A DNA stretch of 64,000 nucleotides from an uncultured Chlorobiaceae bacterium. Its GTDB lineage: Bacteria; Bacteroidota; Chlorobiia; Chlorobiales; Chlorobiaceae. Shown piece after piece: positions 10,181 to 18,868 of the stretch. The stretch spans positions 68,911 to 132,910 of the forward strand of contig CAZSXF010000003.1 in the NCBI GenBank assembly GCA_964611215.1, read 5' to 3'. A program made the position numbers and the translations under genes. How positions within the stretch are numbered: position 1 is the stretch's first letter; every line of letters starts with the position of its first letter. The notes below the pieces were generated by a model. It was not told where the DNA came from. It saw nothing but the letters and a program-made list of their open reading frames with translations, and ran no database searches.

Positions 10181-10701
10181 TATTCGAGGGTGAGATGCTT
10201 TTTGAGGACTTCGAGCTTTTTGCTGCCGATGCCCTTGACTTCAAGAAAATCGTCAAATTGGTGCACTTTTCCTCCCTTTTCCGCCCGGAAAGCGATCAGG
10301 CGGGCTGCTATTGCCGGGCCTATGCCGGCAATCTGCTGCAACTGGGCGGCTGATGCCCTGTTGAAGGCAATGACCCCGGTAAACAGCTTTTTCGGGGCGC
10401 GGCTGTCGTGCCGGGCGGTTCGTTCCGCCGACTTTTCCGTTCCGCCGGAATTGCCGGAGTCGGCCGGAGCCTCATCGGCCGCGGCGAGGTCGACCGTCGG
10501 CGCAAGCCGGAGCAGGCTGTCGACTTCGCGCTCGGAGAACCGGTCCTTGCCCGCTTTTCTGATGAGGTCGTCGGCTTGCCGGACCGAGCCGGAGTACCTG
10601 ATTGCGCCGCCGATGACCAGGAACAGCGTCAGTGCGGTGACGGCCGTCATTTCGGCTCTGGTGATACCCAGCCTCACGGCGAGGTTGTGCAGGGCTTTCA
10701 T
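10180..10701 (-). CDS. comEA: ComEA-family helix-hairpin-helix DNA-binding/competence protein
   Basis: 173 aa. N-terminal TM helix (TAVTALTLFLVIGGAI). C-terminal tandem HhH: AAQLQQIAGIGPAIAARLIAFR ... FLEVKGIGSKKLEVLK. Confidence 0.8.
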   Translation of the reverse strand: MKALHNLAVRLGITRAEMTAVTALTLFLVIGGAIRYSGSVRQADDLIRKAGKDRFSEREVDSLLRLAPTVDLAAADEAPADSGNSGGTEKSAERTARHDSRAPKKLFTGVIAFNRASAAQLQQIAGIGPAIAARLIAFRAEKGGKVHQFDDFLEVKGIGSKKLEVLKKHLTLE

Positions 10702-10821
10702 ATGGGGGAGTCCGGTTGGGGGTTGCCGAAACCGCCGTCGCCGATGCGGCCTGTGGGCGATACGGGAATATACGGCGGAACGGCCCGTTTTTCCTCTGCT
10801 GCAGCCATCGGGGATCTCCCT

Positions 10822-11964
10822 TCAGGCAGGGATGAAGAGCCGCCGGACCCGCCTGGAAACCGAGCAGAGCAGTTCGTAGCTGATGGTGCCTGCGGCGATT
10901 GCCTGCCGGCCTGCCGTCGGCCCATCCCAGCCGAACAGCACCGCGGTGTCGCCTGGCCTGACGCTCGTGTCGTCGCCGAGGTCGACCATGATCTGGTCCA
11001 TGGTGACCGTGCCGACCTGCGGGTACTCCCGTCCGTTGATGGAGACGGTCGCACGGTTGGAGAGCGCCCGATGGAACCCGTCGGCGTAACCGGCCGAGAT
11101 GGTGGCGATTCTCCGGGTGCCGGGTGCCGTCCAGGTGCGGTTGTAGCTGACGGTCGTGCCTGCCGCGACGGTCTTGACGAAGATGACCCTCGCCTGGAAC
11201 TGCATTGCCGGCCTGACCGGCAGGCTGGTGGGCGCGGCATCGACGGGGTGGTAGCCGTAGAGCAGGATTCCAGGGCGGACCATGTCGAGGCGTGCCTGGG
11301 GCTTGGCGACGAGTGCGCCGCTGCTTGCGGCATGCTTCAGCACCTTCCTGCCGGTTGCGTTTTCCCAGGCCCCCGTTACGGCGAGGAAGCGTTCGAGCTG
11401 TACGGCCGTGAACCCGTCAGGTTCATGGCCCTCAGCGAAGTGGGTGTAGATTCCGGCGAGTTCAAGGCCTGCCAACCGGTCGATTGCGGCAAGCAGTTCC
11501 GCCGCCTCGTTCCAGGCGACCCCGAGCCGTCCCATGCCGGTATCGACCTTGAGCTGTATCCTGATCTTTCCTCCTGAAGCTGCGGCGACTGCTGCTGCCG
11601 CTTCCGCTGACTCGCGGTCGCAGATGGTCATGTCGACACCGTGCCGGAGGTAGAGTCCGATCTGCTGCGGCAGTGGAGCGGCGAAGGCGAGCAGGTGCGA
11701 TGTTTCCGCAAGCCGGTGGTGCGAGAGCAGGTCGATGGCTTCCTGGATGTTGGCCACGCCGAAGTCCCTGACGCCTTCGGATTCCAGAAGCGAGGTCACC
11801 TCTGGCGCCCCGTGCCCATAAGCGTTGGCCTTGACGACGCCCATGATCCTGTGGCCGCCGCCGATGGCCTGCCTGATGCAGCCGAGGTTGTGGCGAAGGT
11901 TTCCAAGGGAGATGAGCGCTTCGGTGAGGTGTTCTTCCTGACCGGCCTTTCCGGGTTCGGGCAT
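10822..11964 (-). CDS. alr: alanine racemase
   Basis: PLP-lysine motif VVKANAYGHG with family-typical sequence to the C-terminus. ATG at 11964 (MPEPGK...) is preferred. The track start at 12195 adds 77 non-native residues. Confidence 0.9.
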   Translation of the reverse strand: MPEPGKAGQEEHLTEALISLGNLRHNLGCIRQAIGGGHRIMGVVKANAYGHGAPEVTSLLESEGVRDFGVANIQEAIDLLSHHRLAETSHLLAFAAPLPQQIGLYLRHGVDMTICDRESAEAAAAVAAASGGKIRIQLKVDTGMGRLGVAWNEAAELLAAIDRLAGLELAGIYTHFAEGHEPDGFTAVQLERFLAVTGAWENATGRKVLKHAASSGALVAKPQARLDMVRPGILLYGYHPVDAAPTSLPVRPAMQFQARVIFVKTVAAGTTVSYNRTWTAPGTRRIATISAGYADGFHRALSNRATVSINGREYPQVGTVTMDQIMVDLGDDTSVRPGDTAVLFGWDGPTAGRQAIAAGTISYELLCSVSRRVRRLFIPA

Positions 11965-12182
11965 GGCGTTTGCAGCAGTCACGATACAGCAGGGTTTTGG
12001 TGAAGGCTGCCGGAATAGCCGGCGGCCTGTCGGCGTAGCTCTGAATCTAAGGAACAGATTTTGTGACTGATTTTCAAAAGGCATGTCCAGCTGCATGCCA
12101 GGATCGGCATGAGGTCTTGCAAATCCAGCTGAAAATCGGCACATTTTTGCAACGTGGCCCTGAGACCCCCAACCACTTGCCC

Positions 12183-13682
12183 ATGGCACCATCATCCCCC
12201 AGTGATGTCGAAAGTCGGCATCGTGCCGACATGCTCGTCAACCAGGCGCTTTCCTGGCATCGGCAGGGGCACCTCCGACGGGCTGAACCGGCCTACCGCC
12301 AGGCACTCTCCATACAACCGGAACATGGCGCGGCCCTGCACCTGCTCGGCGTGCTTTCGTCGCAAACAGGCAGGCACCTGGAGGCCGTTGAACTCATCCG
12401 CCGGGCTATCGCCGTCATGCCCGGAGACGCCGCCATGCATGCGCATCTGGGCATTGCGTTCAATGAGCTTGGCGAGTATGCCGAAGCGCTCAGGAGCTAT
12501 AACAGGGCGCTCTCGCTCGATCCCTGTTGCGTCGAAGCCTATGTCAACCGGGGGATTACCAGCTACCGGCAGAACAACTACGAACAGGCGCTGGCTGATT
12601 ACGATATGGCGCTGCTGCGGAAGCCCGATCTTGCCGAAATTCACGTCAATCGGGGCAACGCGCTCTTTGCGCTCCGCCGCTATGCCGATGCCGACAGCAG
12701 TTACGACCGGGCGATTTCGGTGTCTCCCGATTCGGCGCATGCGCATGTCTGCAAGGCCTACGGCCTGCTTGCCCTGGGTCGGTACGATGAGGGCTGGCGC
12801 CTGCATGAGTGGCGCTGGAAATGGGAAGGGTTCCGGTCGCCGCGGCGCAATTTCCGGCAACCGCTCTGGCTCGGCCAGGAGCCGCTCTGCGGCAAAACCA
12901 TCCTGCTGCACGGGGAGCAGGGATTGGGCGACGCCATACAGTTCTCCCGGTATGTGCCCCTTGTCGTCGGGCTTGGTGCGGCGGTTCTCCTTGAGGTGGA
13001 TGCCTCCCTTGTGCGCCTGTTCCGGCACTTCGCCGGACCGGTTACCGTCGTGGAGAAAGGTGCCGGGCTCCCGGATTTCGATGCCCATTGCCCCCTGATG
13101 AGCCTGCCGCTGGCGTTCCGGACCAGTCTCGGGACCGTCCCCTTTCCGGACGGCTACCTTGCGTGCGACCCTGCCGGATCGCAGGATATCCTGTCCTCGT
13201 TGCCTGCCGACGGGCGCCTTCGCATCGGCCTTGCATGGAGCGGTAACCCGAAGCAGATGAATGCCCGTAACAGCCGGGTCCCGCTTTCCTGCCTGATGCG
13301 GAACCTTCCCGGGGAGTTCGGCTATGTCGGCCTCCAGAAACAGGTGCTGGAGGCCGATGCCGAGGCGTTGCGTGCCTGGCCTGCGCTCTGGCATGCCGGC
13401 GATCGCCTCCGTGATTTTGCCGATACGGCGGCGTTGTGTGCATCGCTGGACCTGGTCGTCAGCTGCGATACGTCGGTCGCCCACCTGAACGCTTCGATGG
13501 GCAGGCCGACATGGGTCATGCTGTGCCATGACGCTGACTGGCGATGGCTGCTTGACGGTCGTGACAGTCCATGGTACAGCCATGTCCGGCTGTACCGGCA
13601 GGCCAGGAACGAGAGCTGGGATGCGGTACTCCGACGGATCTCCCTCGACCTTGCCGCATTTGCCGGAGGTCGTGCGCGGTGA
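12183..13682 (+). CDS. TPR-repeat protein with C-terminal GT9-like (heptosyltransferase-fold) glycosyltransferase domain
   Basis: N-terminal half has about 5 TPR units (AEPAYRQALSIQPEH..., AEALRSYNRALSLDP...). C-terminal half has GEQGLGDAIQFSRYVP and DTSVAHLNASMGRPTWVML, resembling GT9 motifs. ATG at 12183 preferred. Confidence 0.7.
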   Translation: MAPSSPSDVESRHRADMLVNQALSWHRQGHLRRAEPAYRQALSIQPEHGAALHLLGVLSSQTGRHLEAVELIRRAIAVMPGDAAMHAHLGIAFNELGEYAEALRSYNRALSLDPCCVEAYVNRGITSYRQNNYEQALADYDMALLRKPDLAEIHVNRGNALFALRRYADADSSYDRAISVSPDSAHAHVCKAYGLLALGRYDEGWRLHEWRWKWEGFRSPRRNFRQPLWLGQEPLCGKTILLHGEQGLGDAIQFSRYVPLVVGLGAAVLLEVDASLVRLFRHFAGPVTVVEKGAGLPDFDAHCPLMSLPLAFRTSLGTVPFPDGYLACDPAGSQDILSSLPADGRLRIGLAWSGNPKQMNARNSRVPLSCLMRNLPGEFGYVGLQKQVLEADAEALRAWPALWHAGDRLRDFADTAALCASLDLVVSCDTSVAHLNASMGRPTWVMLCHDADWRWLLDGRDSPWYSHVRLYRQARNESWDAVLRRISLDLAAFAGGRAR

Positions 13683-13782
13683 GGGGGGGCGGCCCTTTCG
13701 CAGCATGCTGCCAATATGTCATGGCAGAGCGGCGCAAACCCTTTCCTGCCTTCCTGAAATGCGTATATTGCCTTCGTGAACG

Positions 13783-13806
13783 GGCCTGCATCCAGGCCGG
13801 TTTTTT
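13783..13806 (+). terminator. rho-independent terminator (GGCCTG catc CAGGCC gg TTTTTT)
   Basis: 6-bp GC stem with a 4-nt loop and a T6 run. It lies about 100 nt after the stop of the TPR gene. Confidence 0.65.
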
Positions 13807-13834
13807 CATGTACCTGTTTACTTGATGGAGCGCC

Positions 13835-15205
13835 ATGAGCTACGACATTTTCACGATATCGGGTGATTCTCCGCTTGTTCCTGTCAAACGGCTGGCCAGG
13901 CAGTGCCAGGCCTCCTTTTTTGCGAAGCTCGAATACCTGAATCTTTGCGGGACACATTACTGCCGGGTCGCCTCTGCGGTTATCCGGGACGCCGAGGAGC
14001 GCGGCGTGGTGCATCCGGGGATGACGCTGGTCGACTGGACGTTCGGCACGAGCGGCATCGCCCTGGCCATGGCCGGCATCACCATGGGCTACAAGGTGCT
14101 GCTGGTCGCTCCTGACCGGATGGGGCGTGAAAAGCAGCGGGTGCTCAAGGCGCTTGGTGCGGAGATGGTGTTCACGCCTTCCGATGCCGCGCCGGGCGAT
14201 CCGAAGGGTTGCGTCGCGGTGGCTGAAAATCTTGTCCGGACCCTGCCGCATGCATGGTTCGCCAACATGTATGAAAACCCCGTGAGCCGCCAGGTCCATG
14301 AGGCCTTCACCGGCCCGGAACTTTACCGCCAGACCGATGGCGGCGTGACGCATGTCTACATCCCCATGGCCTCCGGTGCGATGATTTCTGGCATCGGCCG
14401 GTACCTGAAGTCCGTCAATCCGGTTATCGAGGTGGTCGGGGTCGAGCCGCAAGGTTCGGTTTACCGGGACCTGCTCGCCGGCAGGCCGGAGGATGCTTCC
14501 TTTGCCTTTGGGCTTGAGGAGATCGGCGGTGTGTCGCAACCGCCCTTCTGGGATACGTCGGTGATCGACCGTATCGTCCAGGTCAGCGACGCCGACGCGT
14601 TCAACTGCGGCCGTGAACTGCTCAGGAACGAAGCCATTTTTGCCGGTGCCGCTTCCGGCGCCGCAATGGCCGGGGCGCTCCAGGACGGGCAGAAGCTGGG
14701 GGCCGAGGCGACGGTTGTGGTGGTCCTGAGCGATTTCGGCGCCTACGACCTCTCCACGATGTACAATGATGAATGGATGCGTGCCAGGGGGTTCTACCGG
14801 AAATCGAAGTTGTCGCTTGACCAGATTACGGCAGAAGACGTCCTGCAACGCAAGGCCCGCAAGGATCTGATTTTTGCCTGTCCGGAGCAGACTCTTGCCG
14901 AGGTGTTTGAAATGATGAAGCAGAACGATGTCTCCCAGATGCCCATCGTTTCCTATGGGGCGCCCATCGGCAGTATCAGCGAGAACAAGATTCTGTCGAT
15001 CCTGATCGAGAACGATGCGGCCATGAATGCCAAGGTCGTTTCGTACATGGAGAAGCCGTTTCCGGTATGCCGCATTGACGCAACCATTTCGGAGCTCTCG
15101 GAAAAGTTGCAGAAAAGCACTTCCGGCGTCCTTATCTCGCTTGATGATGAAAGACTGCAACTCATAACGAAATCTGATCTTATCGATGCGCTGACGCACA
15201 AGTGA
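13835..15205 (+). CDS. cystathionine-beta-synthase/CysK-fold protein with C-terminal CBS (Bateman) pair; cofactor motifs degenerate (probable pseudoenzyme)
   Basis: 456 aa, collinear with the CBS/CysK fold (AKLEYLN..., VRDAEERGVV.PG, LKALGAEMV, GAASGAA, DEWM), followed by two CBS motifs. The PLP-Lys position reads Tyr (NLCGTHYCR). See findings. Confidence 0.85.
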   Translation: MSYDIFTISGDSPLVPVKRLARQCQASFFAKLEYLNLCGTHYCRVASAVIRDAEERGVVHPGMTLVDWTFGTSGIALAMAGITMGYKVLLVAPDRMGREKQRVLKALGAEMVFTPSDAAPGDPKGCVAVAENLVRTLPHAWFANMYENPVSRQVHEAFTGPELYRQTDGGVTHVYIPMASGAMISGIGRYLKSVNPVIEVVGVEPQGSVYRDLLAGRPEDASFAFGLEEIGGVSQPPFWDTSVIDRIVQVSDADAFNCGRELLRNEAIFAGAASGAAMAGALQDGQKLGAEATVVVVLSDFGAYDLSTMYNDEWMRARGFYRKSKLSLDQITAEDVLQRKARKDLIFACPEQTLAEVFEMMKQNDVSQMPIVSYGAPIGSISENKILSILIENDAAMNAKVVSYMEKPFPVCRIDATISELSEKLQKSTSGVLISLDDERLQLITKSDLIDALTHK

Positions 15206-15435
15206 CCATGGGCCGGATTAATACTGGTTGTTTTTTTTTTGATATTTCCTTATTTAGGCAGTCCTGAACATGCGTCAGGTACCGTCAGCCGGGCTCTGCA
15301 GGCCAGTTGTTCCGGGCAGCAGACCGCGAAGAAATCAACTTTCATCACCCGTGAAACGGGAAGACGGCTTCCTGGCCGGTATGTCGAGACCGATGGTCCA
15401 GCATGCCTGTGCAGGAAGTACTCCAATAACAGCAA

Positions 15436-16011
15436 GTGGTTATGAAGGTAGAGTCCAGAAAACGGCAGTATATTCTTGACGGGAAAATAAAGCCTGGCTT
15501 TTGTGAAGGGTGCGGATGTGTCACGAAGCTGACGTTCGTTGGGGAGTGGAAACCCAGCGACAAACCGAAGGACGACGACCTGCTGCTTGGAGGCAGCGCA
15601 AAAAAATCGAAGAAAGGTGCAACGGCTGCAGGGGCTTCATCGGAGGCGCTTTCGGCATCGGAGAACCAGTACTGGATCCGCTGTTCGGTCTGCAACCAGG
15701 TGCACCTGTTCAAGGAGTGGCAGATCCAGATCGACAAGGATCTGAGCCCGGAAGAGCTTCGGCCGGAAGATTGCCAGGTCTATACACCCCATGGCATTTA
15801 TGCGCAGGGGGACGCGGTTTTCCACGAGGCGCTCGGTGAGGTCGGGGTGGTTCGTGAGAAGCAGGCGACCGGCAGCGGCGCCCATGTCATTATCGTGGAA
15901 TTCTGCAAGAGCGGAAGGAAACAGCTTCTGGAAAATGTGCAGCGGAACCAGGGCAAGCAGAAAAGCTCAGATTCGCTGTCCGATATTATAAAACTCAAAT
16001 TAAGACGTTGA
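15436..16011 (+). CDS. hypothetical protein: split zinc-ribbon (CEGC ... CSVC) plus C-terminal SH3/Tudor-like (DUF3553-like) domain
   Basis: 191 aa with native, Lys-rich composition. Two CxxC pairs lie about 60 aa apart around a low-complexity insert. The C-terminal GDAVFHEALGEVGVVRE...VIIVEF pattern is present. Confidence 0.55.
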   Translation: MVMKVESRKRQYILDGKIKPGFCEGCGCVTKLTFVGEWKPSDKPKDDDLLLGGSAKKSKKGATAAGASSEALSASENQYWIRCSVCNQVHLFKEWQIQIDKDLSPEELRPEDCQVYTPHGIYAQGDAVFHEALGEVGVVREKQATGSGAHVIIVEFCKSGRKQLLENVQRNQGKQKSSDSLSDIIKLKLRR

Positions 16012-16036
16012 TCTTCAGTTAAGGGGGTGAATTACT

Positions 16037-16234
16037 TTGGTTAGTGTTCAGATTAATGAGAACGAGTCTATCGACAAGATGCTCAAGCGTTTCAAGAAGA
16101 AGTACGAACGTGCAGGTGTTCTGAAGGAGTTTCGCAAGAAAGCATACTTCGTAAAACCTTCCGTCGACAGCCGTCTGAAACGTTCCAGGAGCAAGCGCCG
16201 GGCCCAGCGGGCGAATGAAGAGCGCAACTCCTGA
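16037..16234 (+). CDS. rpsU: 30S ribosomal protein S21
   Basis: 65 aa. [32 protein letters not shown] is canonical S21. TTG start preceded by aaGGGGGTGA at good spacing. Confidence 0.95.
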   Translation: MVSVQINENESIDKMLKRFKKKYERAGVLKEFRKKAYFVKPSVDSRLKRSRSKRRAQRANEERNS

Positions 16235-16254
16235 TTCTTTTGCAACCAGGTGGT

Positions 16255-16289
16255 AAAAAGCAGCTCCTCGCCGGAGTTGCTTTTTTTTT
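16255..16289 (+). terminator. rho-independent terminator after rpsU
   Basis: aaGCAGCTCC tcgcc GGAGTTGCtt stem followed by a T9 run. Confidence 0.85.
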
Positions 16290-16311
16290 GCCAAACCCGA
16301 CAACCGAATCC

Positions 16312-17619
16312 ATGAACGTCTACAAAGGTGAAATAGCCACACTTCCTCCCGACAAGTCGATCTCTCATCGTGCGGCCCTGATCGGCGCCCTTGCCGAAGG
16401 AACGACCGAGATTTCCAATTTTTCAGGTGGATACGACAACCAGTCAACCCTGTCCGTCCTTCAGGAGGCCGGTATCCCGGTGCGCCAGGAATCCCTGCCT
16501 GCAGGCGGGGGGCGAGTCGTCAGGAGGGTGGTCATCGAATCGGGCGGGTTATGGAGTTTCCGGCCTGCTTCCGGCCCGCTGCAATGCAACAATTCGGGAA
16601 GCACCATGCGGATGCTTGCCGGAATCCTTGCTGCCCAACCCTTCAGGAGCGAGCTGGTCGGTGACGCTTCCCTCATGAAGCGTCCGATGAAGCGCGTGGC
16701 CGATCCGCTTCGCCGGATGGGCGCCGTCATCTCCCTTTCGCCCGAAGGGACGGCGCCAGTCGTGATCGACGGCACCAGGGAGATCAAACCGATCGAGTAC
16801 CTGCTGCCGGTGCCTTCGGCGCAGGTGAAGTCGCTGGTGGCCTTTGCCGCCCTGCATGCCGATGGTCGCTCGAAGATCATCGAGCCGATCCGGTCGCGTG
16901 ACCATACGGAGCTGATGCTCGGTCTCCAGACTGTCGACCGGCCCGACGGCGTTCGTGAGGTCATCATCGATGGGGGCCGCCGGATTGCCGCCAGGCCGTT
17001 CACTGTCCCGGCCGACCCCTCGGCGGCCTGTTTCATGATCGCGCTGGGGCTGCTTGGCAGGGATTCCGAAATTGTGCTCAGGAACGTCTGCCTCAATCCG
17101 ACGCGGGTTGCCTACATCGATCTGCTGCAGGATGCCGGTGCCGGCCTCGTCGTCGCCAATGCCCGCGTCGACGGCGGCGAACCTGTCGGGGATATCGTGG
17201 TACGGAGTTGTGGCGGTCTGAAACCGCTCCGGATCAGCGATCCGGGCATCGTCGCCGGGATCATCGACGAGGTGCCGATGCTGGCGGTGCTTTCTGCGTT
17301 TGCGTCAGGCGAGTTCGAGCTGCATAACGCAGCGGAGCTGAGGACCAAGGAGAGCGACCGTATCGCTGCGCTTGTGGTGAACCTCGAACGGCTCGGGTTC
17401 GTATGCGAGCAGTTTCCCGACGGCTTTGCCGTCACGGGAAGGACGCGGGTGGCGAGTGGTCCGGCGGTACGTATCGACTGTTTCGACGATCACCGCATTG
17501 CCATGAGTTTTGCCATTGCCGCCGATGCTTCCGGCGTTCCGATGGAGCTTTCGGACCGGAATGTCGCCGGGGTTTCGTTTCCCGGGTTTTTCGAAACCAT
17601 CGGTTCGCTCAGGCAGTAG
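16312..17619 (+). CDS. aroA: 3-phosphoshikimate 1-carboxyvinyltransferase (EPSP synthase)
   Basis: [26 protein letters not shown] and the ELRTKESDR motif. ATG at 16312 is preferred because the track start at 16240 would read through the rpsU terminator. Confidence 0.95.
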   Translation: MNVYKGEIATLPPDKSISHRAALIGALAEGTTEISNFSGGYDNQSTLSVLQEAGIPVRQESLPAGGGRVVRRVVIESGGLWSFRPASGPLQCNNSGSTMRMLAGILAAQPFRSELVGDASLMKRPMKRVADPLRRMGAVISLSPEGTAPVVIDGTREIKPIEYLLPVPSAQVKSLVAFAALHADGRSKIIEPIRSRDHTELMLGLQTVDRPDGVREVIIDGGRRIAARPFTVPADPSAACFMIALGLLGRDSEIVLRNVCLNPTRVAYIDLLQDAGAGLVVANARVDGGEPVGDIVVRSCGGLKPLRISDPGIVAGIIDEVPMLAVLSAFASGEFELHNAAELRTKESDRIAALVVNLERLGFVCEQFPDGFAVTGRTRVASGPAVRIDCFDDHRIAMSFAIAADASGVPMELSDRNVAGVSFPGFFETIGSLRQ

Positions 17620-17648
17620 GCTTTCGGCCATAGCCGGGAGCCGAACCC

Positions 17649-17698
17649 GCAGAAGCCCTCCGGAACACACCTTTACGGATGTTCCGGAGGGCTTCTGC
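17649..17698. terminator. bidirectional terminator hairpin between convergent aroA and the hydrolase gene
   Basis: Perfect 19-bp stem (17649-17667 pairs with 17680-17698) and a 12-nt loop, verified base by base. Confidence 0.85.
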
Positions 17699-17719
17699 AT
17701 ATTCCCGGGCGGATGCGGT

Positions 17720-18484
17720 TCAGAGGCTTTTCAGGTGCTCCAGGAGCAGACTGTTGAAGCGGGCCGGTTGCTCAAGGTTCGAGAGGTGGCCCGCCTCGGG
17801 GATGATCTCAAGCTTTGAGCCGGGAATCTGTGCCTGCATTGCGGCAGCGGTTTCCGGTGTGGTGACGACGTCGGCGTCGCCGTTCAGGATGAGCACCGGG
17901 CAGGAGATGTGGCCAAGCAGGCCGGTTGAATCGGGACGCTCGGCGATGGCTCTCATGGCTTCGCTGATGGCCGAGGCTGACTGGCGTTCGATGATCTTTC
18001 TGGCTGTGTCGGCAAGCTCGGCGCCTGCTTGCGAAGAGAAGAAATTCGGCACCATCCGGTTTGCCGCTTCCGGCGCGCCATGCTCTTCAATGGCCTTTCT
18101 GAACTCCATGCGCAGAGCATAGGCTTCCGGTGCATCGGCGTTGGCCCTGGTGTCGCACAGGACGATCGAGGCCGTCCTGGCCGGGTAGAGCCGCCAGAAC
18201 GCAAACGCCTGGTAGCCGCCCATCGAGAGCCCGGCGACCGTTACCTTGTCGATACCGCGCGCGTCAAGCAGGGCCGCCAGTTCAGCGGCGTACTCGTCCA
18301 TGCTCCAGCCCAACCTTGCCGGAGATCCCTCAAACCCGAAAACATGCGGTGCAACGACGCCATAACCGGCGGCTTCAAGGAATTCGATCTGTGGTTTCCA
18401 CATGGCTGCGGAGACCGGGAATGCGTGCAGGAGCAGAACCGTACCCTGGTCGCCGCGGCTGCCGGAACCTTCATAGTTCAGCAT
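17720..18484 (-). CDS. alpha/beta-fold hydrolase
   Basis: 254 aa. HAFP oxyanion region, GLSMGG nucleophile elbow, and C-terminal GH (EAGHLSNLEQP). Confidence 0.85.
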   Translation of the reverse strand: MLNYEGSGSRGDQGTVLLLHAFPVSAAMWKPQIEFLEAAGYGVVAPHVFGFEGSPARLGWSMDEYAAELAALLDARGIDKVTVAGLSMGGYQAFAFWRLYPARTASIVLCDTRANADAPEAYALRMEFRKAIEEHGAPEAANRMVPNFFSSQAGAELADTARKIIERQSASAISEAMRAIAERPDSTGLLGHISCPVLILNGDADVVTTPETAAAMQAQIPGSKLEIIPEAGHLSNLEQPARFNSLLLEHLKSL

Positions 18485-18487
18485 CGG

Positions 18488-18823
18488 TCAGTTTTCATAA
18501 GGTTTTGACTGTCCGCGGATATCGCGGATGATGTTGTTGGCTTCCTCAAGGATTTTTTTCGCTTCATCCCGGGCGCTGTCGATGATCTCCTGCGAACGGT
18601 GCTTGGCTTCGTTGTGGTAGGTCTCCTCTGCGCCGGCCCCTTCGTAGTATTCGGCAGCCTTGTCGAATGCACGCCTGACCTTGCCGGAAATGATCAGCTG
18701 CGTATCCGCACCCTTGCGGGGAGCGAACAGGAGGCCCATGATGGTTCCCGCGGCTGCGCCGAGGAGTACGCCGAAGAAGAGGCCTTTGTAGTAGTGATCC
18801 TGGTAGGTTCCCTGATTGTCCAT
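18488..18823 (-). CDS. YtxH-domain protein (small membrane-anchored stress-type protein)
   Basis: TM segment LFFGVLLGAAAGTIMGLLFAPRKG followed by a helical, charged tail typical of YtxH. ATG at 18823; a TTG alternative is at 18862. Confidence 0.75.
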   Translation of the reverse strand: MDNQGTYQDHYYKGLFFGVLLGAAAGTIMGLLFAPRKGADTQLIISGKVRRAFDKAAEYYEGAGAEETYHNEAKHRSQEIIDSARDEAKKILEEANNIIRDIRGQSKPYEN

Positions 18824-18868
18824 AGGTGTTGTATGTTTTTGTTTGGCAACAGTATGGTTCAAAATAAG

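Noticed and set aside
13714-13731. TGCCA-N8-TGGCA (13714-13731) and the similar TGCC-tatat-TGGCA near 51231, considered as sigma-54 (-24 TGGCAC / -12 TTGC) promoters or a shared operator.
   Set aside because: The element order and spacing do not fit GG-N10-GC on either strand. The two sites share only 4-5 bp arms.
12192-15199. Long minus-strand ORFs (12192..13706, 504 aa; 13322..15199, 625 aa). Similar cases elsewhere are 6945..8015, 8075..9130, 10408..11577, 19508..20977, 25720..26706, 40808..41776, 42773..43966, 45999..47225, 47279..48517, 48545..49765, 50120..51217 and 60662..61918.
   Set aside because: All lie antisense to genes with clear family motifs and have shadow-ORF composition (Arg/Gly/Pro/Asp-rich, no domains). 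This is a known artefact of high-GC codon bias.
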